DNA of 62,043 nt from an uncultured Bacilli bacterium (GTDB taxonomy: Bacteria; Bacillota_I; Bacilli_A; RF39; UBA660). Positions 1 through 10,024 of this stretch are shown here, piece by piece. The notes beneath the pieces are model-generated. The model was given only the letters and a program-made list of their open reading frames with translations. It had not been told where the DNA came from and made no database searches. Position 1 is the stretch's first letter; every line of letters starts with the position of its first letter. The position numbers were made by a program, and so were the translations under genes. The stretch lies in contig CANRAQ010000001.1 of the NCBI GenBank assembly GCA_947628725.1, positions 1-62,043 of the forward strand, in the 5' to 3' direction.

Positions 1-194
1 CATCGATATGCCCTTTAGCGGATTTTTAGCCCCGCCTTCATAATAGACAAAATGACTAGAATAATGTGCCATCGATATAAATGATTCTAGCATATTTACA
101 CTTTTTTGTCAAATTCTCAAAAAATCTATATTTTTTTAATATTTCACATTTACTTTTAATATATTCTATGATATATGGTGTATTTTATTCATTA

Positions 195-1934
195 CTAATT
201 ATCAACTATTTTTCTATCATTAATAATAGAATATATTATAACTATAGGAATGGATGCAGTAACACCAAACATATATCTATATTCTGCAAAAACTGGAGAA
301 GCTACCATCATAGTCAACCATAATGACCATAGAGGTATGTACGGTATTATATATTTTTTATCAAATTTCTTAATATATAATTTATATACAGTAGCAAACA
401 ATAGCATATAAAATTGTAATCCAATACTCCAAATAAATAAACTAAATGGTATTTTCCTAGATGTCAAATAATTAAAATTTTTAATTTTAATTATTGGCTT
501 AGACTCAACATTTTCATCAAATACTGCCTTACTTTCACCGGCCGTTGCCCAATAATTCACATTAGGATACCAATAACCTAAAGTAGAAGAAAAATATGAT
601 TCAAAATAGGTGGTTGGATGTTTAAGAAATATTGTAAACCAAACCTTGAAGAATTTTGATTTATTCTTGTTAAAAACTTCACTATTCATCTGTTCTTTTA
701 CTTTATCTGAAATTATAGGATTATAAACCTTGGAAATATATTCAGTATTAAATATACTATCTAAATATTTTTTTTCATCTGAAGAAATATCTTCTTTTTT
801 GGATAATACACGCGCTATTTGTTGTAAAGGTATTGAATATGCTTCACCTGTTGCAGATTTGCCTACCTTATAATAATCAAACACTGGGCCTTTAATTATA
901 AAGTATAATGATATTATAATAATAGAATATAATGCTATCTTTCCCCTATTAGAATTATCAAAAATAATTATTAATATGCTAGAAAAAATAAGTACATATA
1001 TTCCGTTATTTCTAAAAAATAGTAACATAATAATTGCTAAAGTCATTATTATTACATTTTTTAGTTTAAACTTATATTTATTCCATATATAATCTATAAG
1101 TAAAGTACATATAATTACTACTGATCCACTAAATAATATATCTCTCCATAAAGTGACACTATAATATCCGAATAATGGGTTAATTGCATAAATTATAAAT
1201 AAAAATATACAAATAATTTTATTTACACCTTTATTATATAAATATCTAATTGAAAACGAGAATATACATGATAATATAATCATTTGCATAATAGTATAAA
1301 ACATAACAGCAAGATTCATATTTTTAAATATTAACATACCAATATTAAAGAAAATACCAAAAAACCACGTAAATCCGAAAGTATGATGATCACTTAAAAT
1401 CACATGATTTACATTATGAATTATATAATATGAATCTAACGTCATAATAGCTGGAAAAAATCTTAAAAAATAAGGTAACCAACAAATAATCATCAATAAT
1501 GCAATTAAAAAACCATGAATTATTTTTAATTTTTTCATATTATTATCTTTTTTAATAATATTTACTTTAGATAATTTCAAAAATGAAAAGTAAATAATTC
1601 TTGTAAAAAATGGTATAAATCCCATAGTCATTATTATAATTTTAAGTATATTTTTAATATTTATAAAACTTATAACTGGATTATTTATATACCTATAAGT
1701 AATTGTACCAATTGATAATGTTAGTGAAATTATAATTGATAAAAACATTGAATACTTTTTAGTTCTACTATCACTAAATGTTCCATTTTTAATATAAAAA
1801 TATAATATTATAAAAAACAATAATACAATCATAAAATCATATGTTTCATATAATTTATTATAATAAATCATAATTGCAAAAAATGTTAATAATGAAAACA
1901 ATATACTTTTGAAATAAAGTCTTAATTTATTCAT
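195..1934 (-). CDS. Polytopic membrane protein, candidate extracytoplasmic (GT-C-like / DUF6020-like) glycosyltransferase
   Basis: ORF track 195..1955 (586 aa). Start trimmed to ATG 1934 (MNKLRLYF), which follows a GGAGG. More than 10 hydrophobic helices. The C-terminal part shares an F.K.W.T...TY.ESY...YW motif with the adjacent 542-aa paralog. Family name is from memory, not verified. Confidence 0.45.
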   Translation of the reverse strand: MNKLRLYFKSILFSLLTFFAIMIYYNKLYETYDFMIVLLFFIILYFYIKNGTFSDSRTKKYSMFLSIIISLTLSIGTITYRYINNPVISFINIKNILKIIIMTMGFIPFFTRIIYFSFLKLSKVNIIKKDNNMKKLKIIHGFLIALLMIICWLPYFLRFFPAIMTLDSYYIIHNVNHVILSDHHTFGFTWFFGIFFNIGMLIFKNMNLAVMFYTIMQMIILSCIFSFSIRYLYNKGVNKIICIFLFIIYAINPLFGYYSVTLWRDILFSGSVVIICTLLIDYIWNKYKFKLKNVIIMTLAIIMLLFFRNNGIYVLIFSSILIIIFDNSNRGKIALYSIIIISLYFIIKGPVFDYYKVGKSATGEAYSIPLQQIARVLSKKEDISSDEKKYLDSIFNTEYISKVYNPIISDKVKEQMNSEVFNKNKSKFFKVWFTIFLKHPTTYFESYFSSTLGYWYPNVNYWATAGESKAVFDENVESKPIIKIKNFNYLTSRKIPFSLFIWSIGLQFYMLLFATVYKLYIKKFDKKYIIPYIPLWSLWLTMMVASPVFAEYRYMFGVTASIPIVIIYSIINDRKIVDN

Positions 1935-1957
1935 ATTTTTACCTCCGATAATCATTA

Positions 1958-3586
1958 TTAATCTTTTTTAACTGCAACCACATATACAAAAAGTATTGGT
2001 AAAATTAAAACAAATGGATACATATATCTTAATGAAGAATTTACAGGTGTTGATGCCATTAAACTTAACCATACTGCAAATAATGTAATATTTGGGATCA
2101 AAAATTTACTTTGTTTTTTTGTTATCAATATTAGCATTAATAACATGAAAATCCAAAAACATGTTCCTTCATTTAAAAAGTTTGTATATTTATAATAAAA
2201 ATTTTCTAAATTATTTTGAATATTATTTGGTAATATATTATCATATCTTATATTATATTTACTTTTAACTTTTTCAATAAATTCACCCTGTTTATCTGTA
2301 ATTACATCATCATAAAACATATTTGTAGTGTTTGATGTAGGCATTATATTCCAATAGCAATAAGTTTGTAACATGTAACTTTCAACATAAGTTCTAAAAT
2401 TTTTAGGCATAACTGTAAGCCATGTTTTAATAAATTTAGATTTAGTAACTTGTAAGTAATCCCTGTTAAAATTTGAGTCCCATTTAATACTATCTACAAC
2501 ACCACTATTATATTTATCTTTTATTTCATCTAATGGCATTAAAGAGTTTATATATTCTTTTTCTTGTTTATTTAAAACACCATCTTCAAATACAGTTGCG
2601 GATAGTTGTTGAATAGGAATTGCCACATTCTCTTGAAATCTATGTTCTACACCATACTTAACTTCAAATACCTTACATATAAGAAAATTAAATAATATAG
2701 GTATTAAAAATATTAAAATAAACACTTTTTTGTATTCTTTATGATATCTAATTAGTATAACAAGTGTAGTCAATATATAAACTACAAATGCATTACTTCT
2801 TGTTAAATATAATGCTACTGAAATAGCTATATATAAAATTATAAATTTCTTATTTGTTAAAAGTTTACCATCTGATTCTACTAACTTAATCAATAATAAA
2901 AATAAGTATAATATCAATATAGAAAACATAACATCTTTAATTGCAAATATTGAATATGATGCATATATAGGTAAAATTGAATAAATCAATGTCAAAATTA
3001 CTATCCATACTTTTGATACTTTTCTTTTTGATAGGAAGCATATAGCAAAAGAAATACTACATGCCATAACGATCATTTGAAATATGCTAAATAAAGCCCA
3101 TCCTATAATAGAACTATTTAATATTTTTTGACCTATTATTACAATAAATGTATATAGTAAAAAATTGTGTCCTATGGGATGCCCAGATGTTGCATAAATT
3201 GGTGATTCTATTTGAGTAAAAGTATCCCACATGCCTCCACCTGGAAAGAATGTAATTAAGCATATTGACCAAATCAAAAGCATTGATATAAGTGAAATAA
3301 AAAATATCTTCTTAATACTTTTATTAGAATACTCTTTACTCTCTTTTTCTAAACAATTAGAAAATTTAATTAAAAGTTTTATAATTATAAATACTATAAT
3401 AAAAATAATAACAAATATTAATAATGATTTTAAAATATTAATATCTTTTAAAAAACCTAATTTTTTATTATTGTTTGTTATTAAATTTTGAAAATACAAT
3501 GCTACTGTTAACAATAATGAAAATACTATAACTTTTAAATCTTTTTTTAAATAAAGCCCAATTTTTTTCATATAATTAATCTCCAA
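1958..3586 (-). CDS. Polytopic membrane protein, paralog of the 195..1934 product (candidate GT-C-like glycosyltransferase)
   Basis: 542-aa ORF with many TM helices. FIKTWLTVMP..TYVESYMLQTYCYW aligns with FFKVWFTIFL..TYFESYFSSTLGYW of the neighbour. An alternative start at 3571 is possible. Confidence 0.45.
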   Translation of the reverse strand: MEINYMKKIGLYLKKDLKVIVFSLLLTVALYFQNLITNNNKKLGFLKDINILKSLLIFVIIFIIVFIIIKLLIKFSNCLEKESKEYSNKSIKKIFFISLISMLLIWSICLITFFPGGGMWDTFTQIESPIYATSGHPIGHNFLLYTFIVIIGQKILNSSIIGWALFSIFQMIVMACSISFAICFLSKRKVSKVWIVILTLIYSILPIYASYSIFAIKDVMFSILILYLFLLLIKLVESDGKLLTNKKFIILYIAISVALYLTRSNAFVVYILTTLVILIRYHKEYKKVFILIFLIPILFNFLICKVFEVKYGVEHRFQENVAIPIQQLSATVFEDGVLNKQEKEYINSLMPLDEIKDKYNSGVVDSIKWDSNFNRDYLQVTKSKFIKTWLTVMPKNFRTYVESYMLQTYCYWNIMPTSNTTNMFYDDVITDKQGEFIEKVKSKYNIRYDNILPNNIQNNLENFYYKYTNFLNEGTCFWIFMLLMLILITKKQSKFLIPNITLFAVWLSLMASTPVNSSLRYMYPFVLILPILFVYVVAVKKD

Positions 3587-3926
3587 TACTCATCAAACTA
3601 ACGCCAATTATAATTATTAGCATACCTATTACATGCGTCAATGTAATACTTTCTTTTAAGAATACACATGAACCAAATAGTACTACTATATTGACAAGTG
3701 CAATAGAAAGTGGATATACGAAAGATAATTTACTATAACTAACTATGTATAACCATAAAAGAAAACTAATTCCATAACATAGAACACCTATTATCATTTT
3801 TATTGACAATGATATTTTAAATCCCAATAGATTTAATGCAAAAGTTGTATTTCCAGATCCAAGTTTAAATAAAATTAAACCAGCAGATGAAAATAAAACA
3901 TATATTAAAAATGTAAATATTTTCAT
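3576..3926 (-). CDS. Small 4-TM EamA/SMR-like membrane protein, candidate lipid-linked sugar flippase
   Basis: 116 aa with four hydrophobic helices. Lies between a GT2 polyprenyl-phosphate transferase and large membrane proteins, the context of three-component glycosylation systems. Confidence 0.45.
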   Translation of the reverse strand: MKIFTFLIYVLFSSAGLILFKLGSGNTTFALNLLGFKISLSIKMIIGVLCYGISFLLWLYIVSYSKLSFVYPLSIALVNIVVLFGSCVFLKESITLTHVIGMLIIIIGVSLMSIGD

Positions 3927-3941
3927 AATTTCATCCCTTTC

Positions 3942-4280
3942 CTATTTCGTTTTTTCCTTTTTCAATATAGAAATTTCCTGTACTAAAGTTTTAATTTGAT
4001 CATTTTGTTTAGAAATTCTTATACTTAACAGTAATGAAACATAAAATAGAAAGAAGATAAATAGAATTAAAATCATATTTGATGCAGCTTCAAATCCGAA
4101 AAAATCAGATATATAGAAGATAAATTTAGGAAATAATATTCCAAATTCCATAATTAATGTAAAAAATATCCACAATATTCCAAATCTAATTGATAACTTT
4201 TTTCTTCTAATTCTTTTAATTATAAAATATATTTGTATAAATATTATTATAGTCAAAAACAATTGTAATCTGTTATTCAT
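3942..4280 (-). CDS. DUF2304-like small membrane protein
   Basis: 112 aa with 3-4 TM helices and a C-terminal charged helix. Overlaps by 4 nt the GT2 gene upstream of it, the usual genomic partner of DUF2304. Confidence 0.5.
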   Translation of the reverse strand: MNNRLQLFLTIIIFIQIYFIIKRIRRKKLSIRFGILWIFFTLIMEFGILFPKFIFYISDFFGFEAASNMILILFIFFLFYVSLLLSIRISKQNDQIKTLVQEISILKKEKTK

Positions 4281-4987
4281 AGTCTACCTCTTTCTAATTT
4301 AGTAAATATTATAGATAAACATACACTTATCATATAATATATGTTTTTATGTAAATATATAGATGAATGACCATATTTTCTTTCTCTCATATTTACAGGT
4401 ATTTCATCAACTTTTAATCCGTTTAAAAGCAACACTACGACTGATTCAGGTTCAGGATATTCTTGTGGGTAATATTTTGAAAATATTTCTATTACTTTTC
4501 TATTCCCTGCTCTAAATCCACTAGTCGTATCATATATTTTTTTCTTAGTAGTAAATTTGATAATTGATGAAATTATTTTAATTCCTAATTGTCTAGATTT
4601 AGTTGAAGTAAAATTGCTTAATTTTTTTATAAATCTTGAACCAATAACAAAATCATTACCACTTTCTATACTTTTAATTAAATCTTCTATATAATTTTCA
4701 TCGTGTTGGCCATCACCATCAAATTGTATTGCTATATCATAATTATTTTCCAAAGCATATTTATAACCTGTTTGAACGGCACCACCGATACCTAAATTCT
4801 CAATTAAATTAATTACGTTAAATTTATTATCATTACATACTTTTAGTGTATTATCTGTGCTCCCATCATTTATCACGACATAGTCTATATTATATTTTGA
4901 TTTTTTTATAACCTTTTTTAAATTATCAACTGTGTTTTTTATATTTAATTCTTCATTATATGCTGGAATTATTACTAATACTTTCAT
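4277..4987 (-). CDS. Glycosyltransferase family 2 (polyprenyl-phosphate sugar synthase type)
   Basis: 236 aa with MKVLVIIPAYNEE, INDGSTDNT and QFDGDGQHD motifs typical of DPM1/CsbB/GtrB-like GT2 enzymes. Confidence 0.8.
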   Translation of the reverse strand: MKVLVIIPAYNEELNIKNTVDNLKKVIKKSKYNIDYVVINDGSTDNTLKVCNDNKFNVINLIENLGIGGAVQTGYKYALENNYDIAIQFDGDGQHDENYIEDLIKSIESGNDFVIGSRFIKKLSNFTSTKSRQLGIKIISSIIKFTTKKKIYDTTSGFRAGNRKVIEIFSKYYPQEYPEPESVVVLLLNGLKVDEIPVNMRERKYGHSSIYLHKNIYYMISVCLSIIFTKLERGRL

Positions 4988-4995
4988 AAATCCTC

Positions 4996-5481
4996 CTACT
5001 TCTTACTATCTATTTCTTTTTCAATCAACTTAATAAAGTTTTCAGTATTACTTTTATATTTTTTAGGTTTAAATTTCTTTGACTCTTTTATTACATCCCC
5101 AAGTTTATCAAAATCGTCTAATTTTAATATATAACCATTTTCACTAAAATTTTCAATTATTTGAAGTTGATGATCATTTGTGTGTTCTCCATACTTTTCT
5201 AAGCGTGCAGCAGCTATTACTTTTTTATTATTTTTTAGTCCCGCTATTATAGAACCAACACCGCCATGAGTTATCAATAAATCACATTTTTCAATTAATT
5301 CATCAAACTTATCCATAGGTATTAAATCGAAAATTTCCATATCATCAGATTTAAAATCTGCTGATGACCCTGCTTGTACTACGACTTTCTCTTTTATAAC
5401 TTTAAGATCTATTTGCTTTTGTACCGCTTCAAGTAATCTATAAAATTTTTTATCCTGAGTTCCAAGTGTTATCAAAATCAT
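4996..5481 (-). CDS. Alg13-like / PssE-Cps14G-like glycosyltransferase catalytic half (GT28 C-terminal domain)
   Basis: 161 aa. MILITLGTQ...LLITHGGVGSIIAGL...EHTNDHQLQI matches the Glyco_tran_28_C pattern. No Alg14/Cps14F-like partner ORF is seen next to it. Confidence 0.65.
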   Translation of the reverse strand: MILITLGTQDKKFYRLLEAVQKQIDLKVIKEKVVVQAGSSADFKSDDMEIFDLIPMDKFDELIEKCDLLITHGGVGSIIAGLKNNKKVIAAARLEKYGEHTNDHQLQIIENFSENGYILKLDDFDKLGDVIKESKKFKPKKYKSNTENFIKLIEKEIDSKK

Positions 5482-5495
5482 AGAAAACTAACCTC

Positions 5496-8072
5496 CTACA
5501 AACTTTTATTTGATAAAACATTAATCCATATTTTTAATATACTTTCTTTAGAAAATTCTTGAGATTTTTTTATTGCATCTTTTTTCATCTTTTCCCTAAT
5601 TTTTAAATTACTCATATATTTTTCTAATGTGTCAACATATTTATCTTCATTCCTATCTTTTATTATATATCCATTTACACCATCATCAATTATATCACAT
5701 ACTCCACTTTCAGTTTCATATGCAATACAAGGTACACCATAACTCATTGCTTCAATAAGTACCATAGGTAAGCCTTCCGTAATTGATGTCATAGCAAATA
5801 TACTTGAATTAAGCATATATTCTTCGATTTCATCATGATTCATATATCCCAATAATAATACTTTTTCTTCTAATTTTTTTTCTTTAATCAAACTAGATAA
5901 ATTATTAAATTCATCTCCATCGCCTATTATAAACAATTTAGAGTCTTTAATATTTGCTTTATCATATATTCCAATTAATTCATTTAATCTTTTTCCAGTA
6001 TGAAGTCTACCTACACTTATTATATTTTTATTTTTAACATCAGATTTTTTATTAGGATCTACTGTAAACATATTTGGAACTAATATAACTTTAGTATGAT
6101 TATTTTTTGATAAAAATTTCTCATAATCATTTTTCAATGTTGTCGTAAGAGCAAATAGATAATCAATATTATAATAATTATTTTTTATTGTATTAATATA
6201 TTTTTTATCATTATTATGATGTTTATGCTCTTGAGCAATTTTTATTTTATAATTAGCGCCATAACTACTTAAAAGTTTACTAAATTCCATTCTAGTAGAA
6301 ATAATTGCATCACTTTTATTATTAATTATTTCTTTAATTATTAAATATTTTTTCTTAAATAAAATATTTATTGATTTTATAACTTCACCAAATAGCGATA
6401 TGAATTTTTTATCTTTAATACATTGTTTTAATTCATCTCTATTAGGTTCACCGTTATACAAAAATTTTACTTTTATTTTTTTATCTAACTCATTTAACCT
6501 ACTATTATTTAATTTATAAAATGAAACTATTTCAACATTATATTTTTTAGATAATGCATTTGCAGTATTTATTGTAGATGTCTCTATTCCACCATATCCT
6601 AAATGTAAAGCTAAAAATGTTAAATTTTTTACTTTATCACTTTTCTTATAACTTTCATTTAATCTTAATTTTATTATAAGTAATATTATTAATAAAACTA
6701 AAAATATTGAAAAATTAGTATATATATATGTGTATCCTGAAAGTATACTTATTGAAAAGAATATTCCAAGACCCATATAAAGCAAATATGTTTCTAAGTC
6801 ATTAGTTTTAAAATTTTTAATTATATATATAGTAGCTTTAATAAATGTAAGTATTGGAATAATTAACATACATATAAATCCAAATATTCCATAATTAAAT
6901 AAGGCCATGAAGAAATCACTTTCTTCAGATAATGTATTTTCTTGAATTAAAAAGCCTATACCAAATAATTTATATTCTATATCTGATATATTAAATTTGT
7001 ACTTAGAATAATAAAATTGCCTTTTTCTATTTTCAGATGGATGAATTTTACCTTTCTTATATAATTTAGTTAAATAATTTGTAGATAAATTGTTCCATTT
7101 TTTATATAATTTTAATTCAGTTACATTACCTTTATTATTTTTAATTAATTCATCTATTTTTTCTATATTCAAACTTCCATCTACTAATTTCATATTATAG
7201 CCATCTAAAGTTGTGTTTTTATTAGAATTATTTATTTGTACATTAGTATAAACAGGAGTGTATTTATATAAAACCACCATGCTTATTGCACATACACTTA
7301 CAAATACTAAATTAAATATATTATTTTTAAATATTTTCGAATAAAACATTAAAAATATTGATATTATTATATATATTATCAAAGATACTAATACAATCAA
7401 ATAAGGTGTTCTAGTTCCAAGAATCATTATAGTAATTATTATAGGAGTTAATGATAATATCTTTTTATACCAACTATTTCTTGGCTTTAATATTGTATAA
7501 AGAAGTATTGGAAACATTATTGAAATAGCATGTCCAAGTATTTGTCCTGAATCATACCATCCTTTAAATCCTTTTTTAAACTTGTCAGCATATTCGTATG
7601 TCATACCAGATGTACCAGTTATAACTGAAAGCAATAATAATCCAGTATAAATTATAAAAGTTATTAAAACAGTTTTTTTAATATTATCAAACATTTCTTT
7701 TTTATCTTCGTAGTGCTTATACAATACATAATATATTATAAATATAGCAATCATATATATAATGTTAATTAAAAATCTAAATTCATGCATTATAACATTA
7801 TTACTTATATATAATCTATATAGTATCATATAATGTCCTAGCATAAATATTAAAAATAAGAATGCATAAATAAACCATCTTTTCTTATTATTTTCATATT
7901 TGAAAAACATATATAATGCGACTATAAAAATAAATAATGGTTTTACAAATGTAGATATTTGAATTTTTAATATACCATCTAAATATAAATTAGATAAAAT
8001 ATCAAATAATGGTTGCAATATCACATATATTGACATCAATTTTAAAATATTTCGTTGTTCATTTTTGCTCAC
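5496..8072 (-). CDS. Fusion protein: N-terminal O-antigen polymerase/ligase-like (Wzy-type) membrane domain + C-terminal GT4 glycosyltransferase
   Basis: 858 aa. Residues ~1-470 form at least 10 TM helices with a large loop. Residues ~480-858 are a GT-B fold with the ...SITEGLPMVLIEAMSYGVPCIA... (E-x7-E type) GT4 motif. Confidence 0.65.
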   Translation of the reverse strand: MSKNEQRNILKLMSIYVILQPLFDILSNLYLDGILKIQISTFVKPLFIFIVALYMFFKYENNKKRWFIYAFLFLIFMLGHYMILYRLYISNNVIMHEFRFLINIIYMIAIFIIYYVLYKHYEDKKEMFDNIKKTVLITFIIYTGLLLLSVITGTSGMTYEYADKFKKGFKGWYDSGQILGHAISIMFPILLYTILKPRNSWYKKILSLTPIIITIMILGTRTPYLIVLVSLIIYIIISIFLMFYSKIFKNNIFNLVFVSVCAISMVVLYKYTPVYTNVQINNSNKNTTLDGYNMKLVDGSLNIEKIDELIKNNKGNVTELKLYKKWNNLSTNYLTKLYKKGKIHPSENRKRQFYYSKYKFNISDIEYKLFGIGFLIQENTLSEESDFFMALFNYGIFGFICMLIIPILTFIKATIYIIKNFKTNDLETYLLYMGLGIFFSISILSGYTYIYTNFSIFLVLLIILLIIKLRLNESYKKSDKVKNLTFLALHLGYGGIETSTINTANALSKKYNVEIVSFYKLNNSRLNELDKKIKVKFLYNGEPNRDELKQCIKDKKFISLFGEVIKSINILFKKKYLIIKEIINNKSDAIISTRMEFSKLLSSYGANYKIKIAQEHKHHNNDKKYINTIKNNYYNIDYLFALTTTLKNDYEKFLSKNNHTKVILVPNMFTVDPNKKSDVKNKNIISVGRLHTGKRLNELIGIYDKANIKDSKLFIIGDGDEFNNLSSLIKEKKLEEKVLLLGYMNHDEIEEYMLNSSIFAMTSITEGLPMVLIEAMSYGVPCIAYETESGVCDIIDDGVNGYIIKDRNEDKYVDTLEKYMSNLKIREKMKKDAIKKSQEFSKESILKIWINVLSNKSL

Positions 8073-8091
8073 TTTATCACATCCTAAAATA

Positions 8092-9165
8092 TTATTTGAG
8101 TAGTTCTAATGTTTTTTTCATTATTTCTTCATTATCACCTTTATAATTTTTCATATTATTATCTAAATCTTTAAAAGAAACTTTACCATCTAGTATATCT
8201 TTCATCATATATTTTAAAGATTCATCATCGTTTTTTACAATTATTCCATATTTTCCATCTTCAAGTATTTCTCTTGGACCTACTATATCTGTTGTTAATA
8301 CTTTTGTTTTTAATAATAAAGCTTCCTTTATTACTATACCATACCCTTCCATATAACTTGAAAGAACAAAAAAATCTGCTGCTTTTATATATGGATATGG
8401 GTTAGTTTTAAGTCCTAACATTTCTACTTTATCTTCTACATCATACTCATGTACCATATTTTTTATTTTTTCAAAATTTGGGCCATCACCAACAAGTTGA
8501 ATTTTAAAATTATAACCCAAATCCTTTAAATATTTTGCTGCCATAACTAACCTATCCTGTCGTTTTTGATCACGCATTTTAGCAACATTTACAAAAGTAA
8601 AAACATCGTTCTTAACTTCAAACTCTTTTGACTTTTCTAATATTTCATTTTCATTTATAAAATTATATATTACTTCTACCTTATTTTCTGGAATACTATA
8701 TTTATCACAAAAAATAGTTTTTGCTTCTTTTGATACACATATTACCTTATCTAATTTTGAATATGTATTTTTTATCTCTTTTTCGCCAATACCTATATCA
8801 AATTTTGATACATCGTTATGGATCCATCCATATTTTTTTATTTTTTTATTTATATCTGCAACCCAAGTACCACATCTACCTTCCATATAACCTAAGGCAG
8901 CATAATAGTCTTTTTTATTTGCAATTTTATTTATAACTTTTCTTCTATAAAAAGGTATATATCTAAATAAAGCATATGAAAATATGTTTTTCTTTAATCT
9001 ATATACATTTACATTCTTTGGAACAAAATCCATTAATGATCCAACTGGCTCTAATAAATACAAATCTATTTCAAAATTTTTATTTAAATAATTGAGTGTA
9101 TCTGTTAAGGCTTTTTCTGCTCCACCCATATCCATAGTATAACCAAATATTAATATCTTTTTCAT
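8092..9165 (-). CDS. Glycosyltransferase family 4
   Basis: 357 aa with MGGAEKAL near the N-terminus and SSYMEGYGIVIKEALLLKTKVLTTD at the C-terminus (GT4 signature). Confidence 0.8.
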   Translation of the reverse strand: MKKILIFGYTMDMGGAEKALTDTLNYLNKNFEIDLYLLEPVGSLMDFVPKNVNVYRLKKNIFSYALFRYIPFYRRKVINKIANKKDYYAALGYMEGRCGTWVADINKKIKKYGWIHNDVSKFDIGIGEKEIKNTYSKLDKVICVSKEAKTIFCDKYSIPENKVEVIYNFINENEILEKSKEFEVKNDVFTFVNVAKMRDQKRQDRLVMAAKYLKDLGYNFKIQLVGDGPNFEKIKNMVHEYDVEDKVEMLGLKTNPYPYIKAADFFVLSSYMEGYGIVIKEALLLKTKVLTTDIVGPREILEDGKYGIIVKNDDESLKYMMKDILDGKVSFKDLDNNMKNYKGDNEEIMKKTLELLK

Positions 9166-9169
9166 ACAA

Positions 9170-10024
9170 TCATCCTCTAATTTTATAAACTATATAAGTA
9201 GGTATATATAAAAGTAATACTTTAAACTTACATTTTACTTCACTTAAAGTTGTTTTAAAACCAACTTTGCTATAAAAACTAAATAATATATAAGCATATA
9301 CATTATATAATTTATTATCAATATCTAATAGTTCTTTATGATATAATCTATTTCCCTTAGGATTCCTTTTTACTAAAGAAAAATAATTTGACGAATATCC
9401 ATTATCTAGATATTTTACGGAAGCAGCAACATAATTTTTACACATAAACATATAATTTTTATCTATTCTATTATATAAAAGAGCTTCAGGAACAAATTTT
9501 TCACCTTCAAAAATTGGAAAACGATATTTTTCAATTACAGATTTTTTAAAAGTGAGAAGTTTATCACCTTTTACTTTATGCCTATTATATAAATCATGGT
9601 ATTTAGTAATTAAATTATCATCAGGAAACATAGTTCCTACTATCTTTTTTTTATTATCAATATAATTATTTAAATATATTATACCAGCAATATTATTATC
9701 AAGATTAACATAATCACTATTTATTTTTTCAATTGAGCCTTTAGTAAGTATATCATCAGAATCTATGCAAAGAAAAATATCACCTTTAGCGTTATCTAAA
9801 CCGACATTATACGCAGATTGCTTGCCACCGTTTTCTTTATATACATAATTTATTTTTATTTTTTTCTCTTTTTTTAATTTTTCAATATATTCTTTAGTGT
9901 CATCAATAGATCCATCATCAACTATTAACCATTCAAAATTTGCTTTATCTTGCTTTAATAATGATTCATATAATTTTTCTAATTCTTTTCGCCTATTATA
10001 TGTTGGTGTAAAAACTGTTATCAT
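9170..10024 (-). CDS. Glycosyltransferase family 2
   Basis: ORF track 9170..10039. Start set at ATG 10024 (MITVFTPTYNRR), which forms a TAATG overlap with the upstream stop and follows a GGAGG. Motifs VDDGSIDDT and IDSDD. Confidence 0.8.
   Translation of the reverse strand: MITVFTPTYNRRKELEKLYESLLKQDKANFEWLIVDDGSIDDTKEYIEKLKKEKKIKINYVYKENGGKQSAYNVGLDNAKGDIFLCIDSDDILTKGSIEKINSDYVNLDNNIAGIIYLNNYIDNKKKIVGTMFPDDNLITKYHDLYNRHKVKGDKLLTFKKSVIEKYRFPIFEGEKFVPEALLYNRIDKNYMFMCKNYVAASVKYLDNGYSSNYFSLVKRNPKGNRLYHKELLDIDNKLYNVYAYILFSFYSKVGFKTTLSEVKCKFKVLLLYIPTYIVYKIRG

Noticed and set aside
81-323. 80-aa plus-strand ORF at the left edge, and a possible minus-strand gene start at 72 (MAHYSSHFVYYEGGAKNPLKGISM...) running off the window.
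   Set aside because: The plus ORF overlaps the 3' end of the 586-aa membrane protein gene and is low-complexity. The minus-strand fragment has only 24 codons, no clear RBS and no recognisable motif, which is too little to call.
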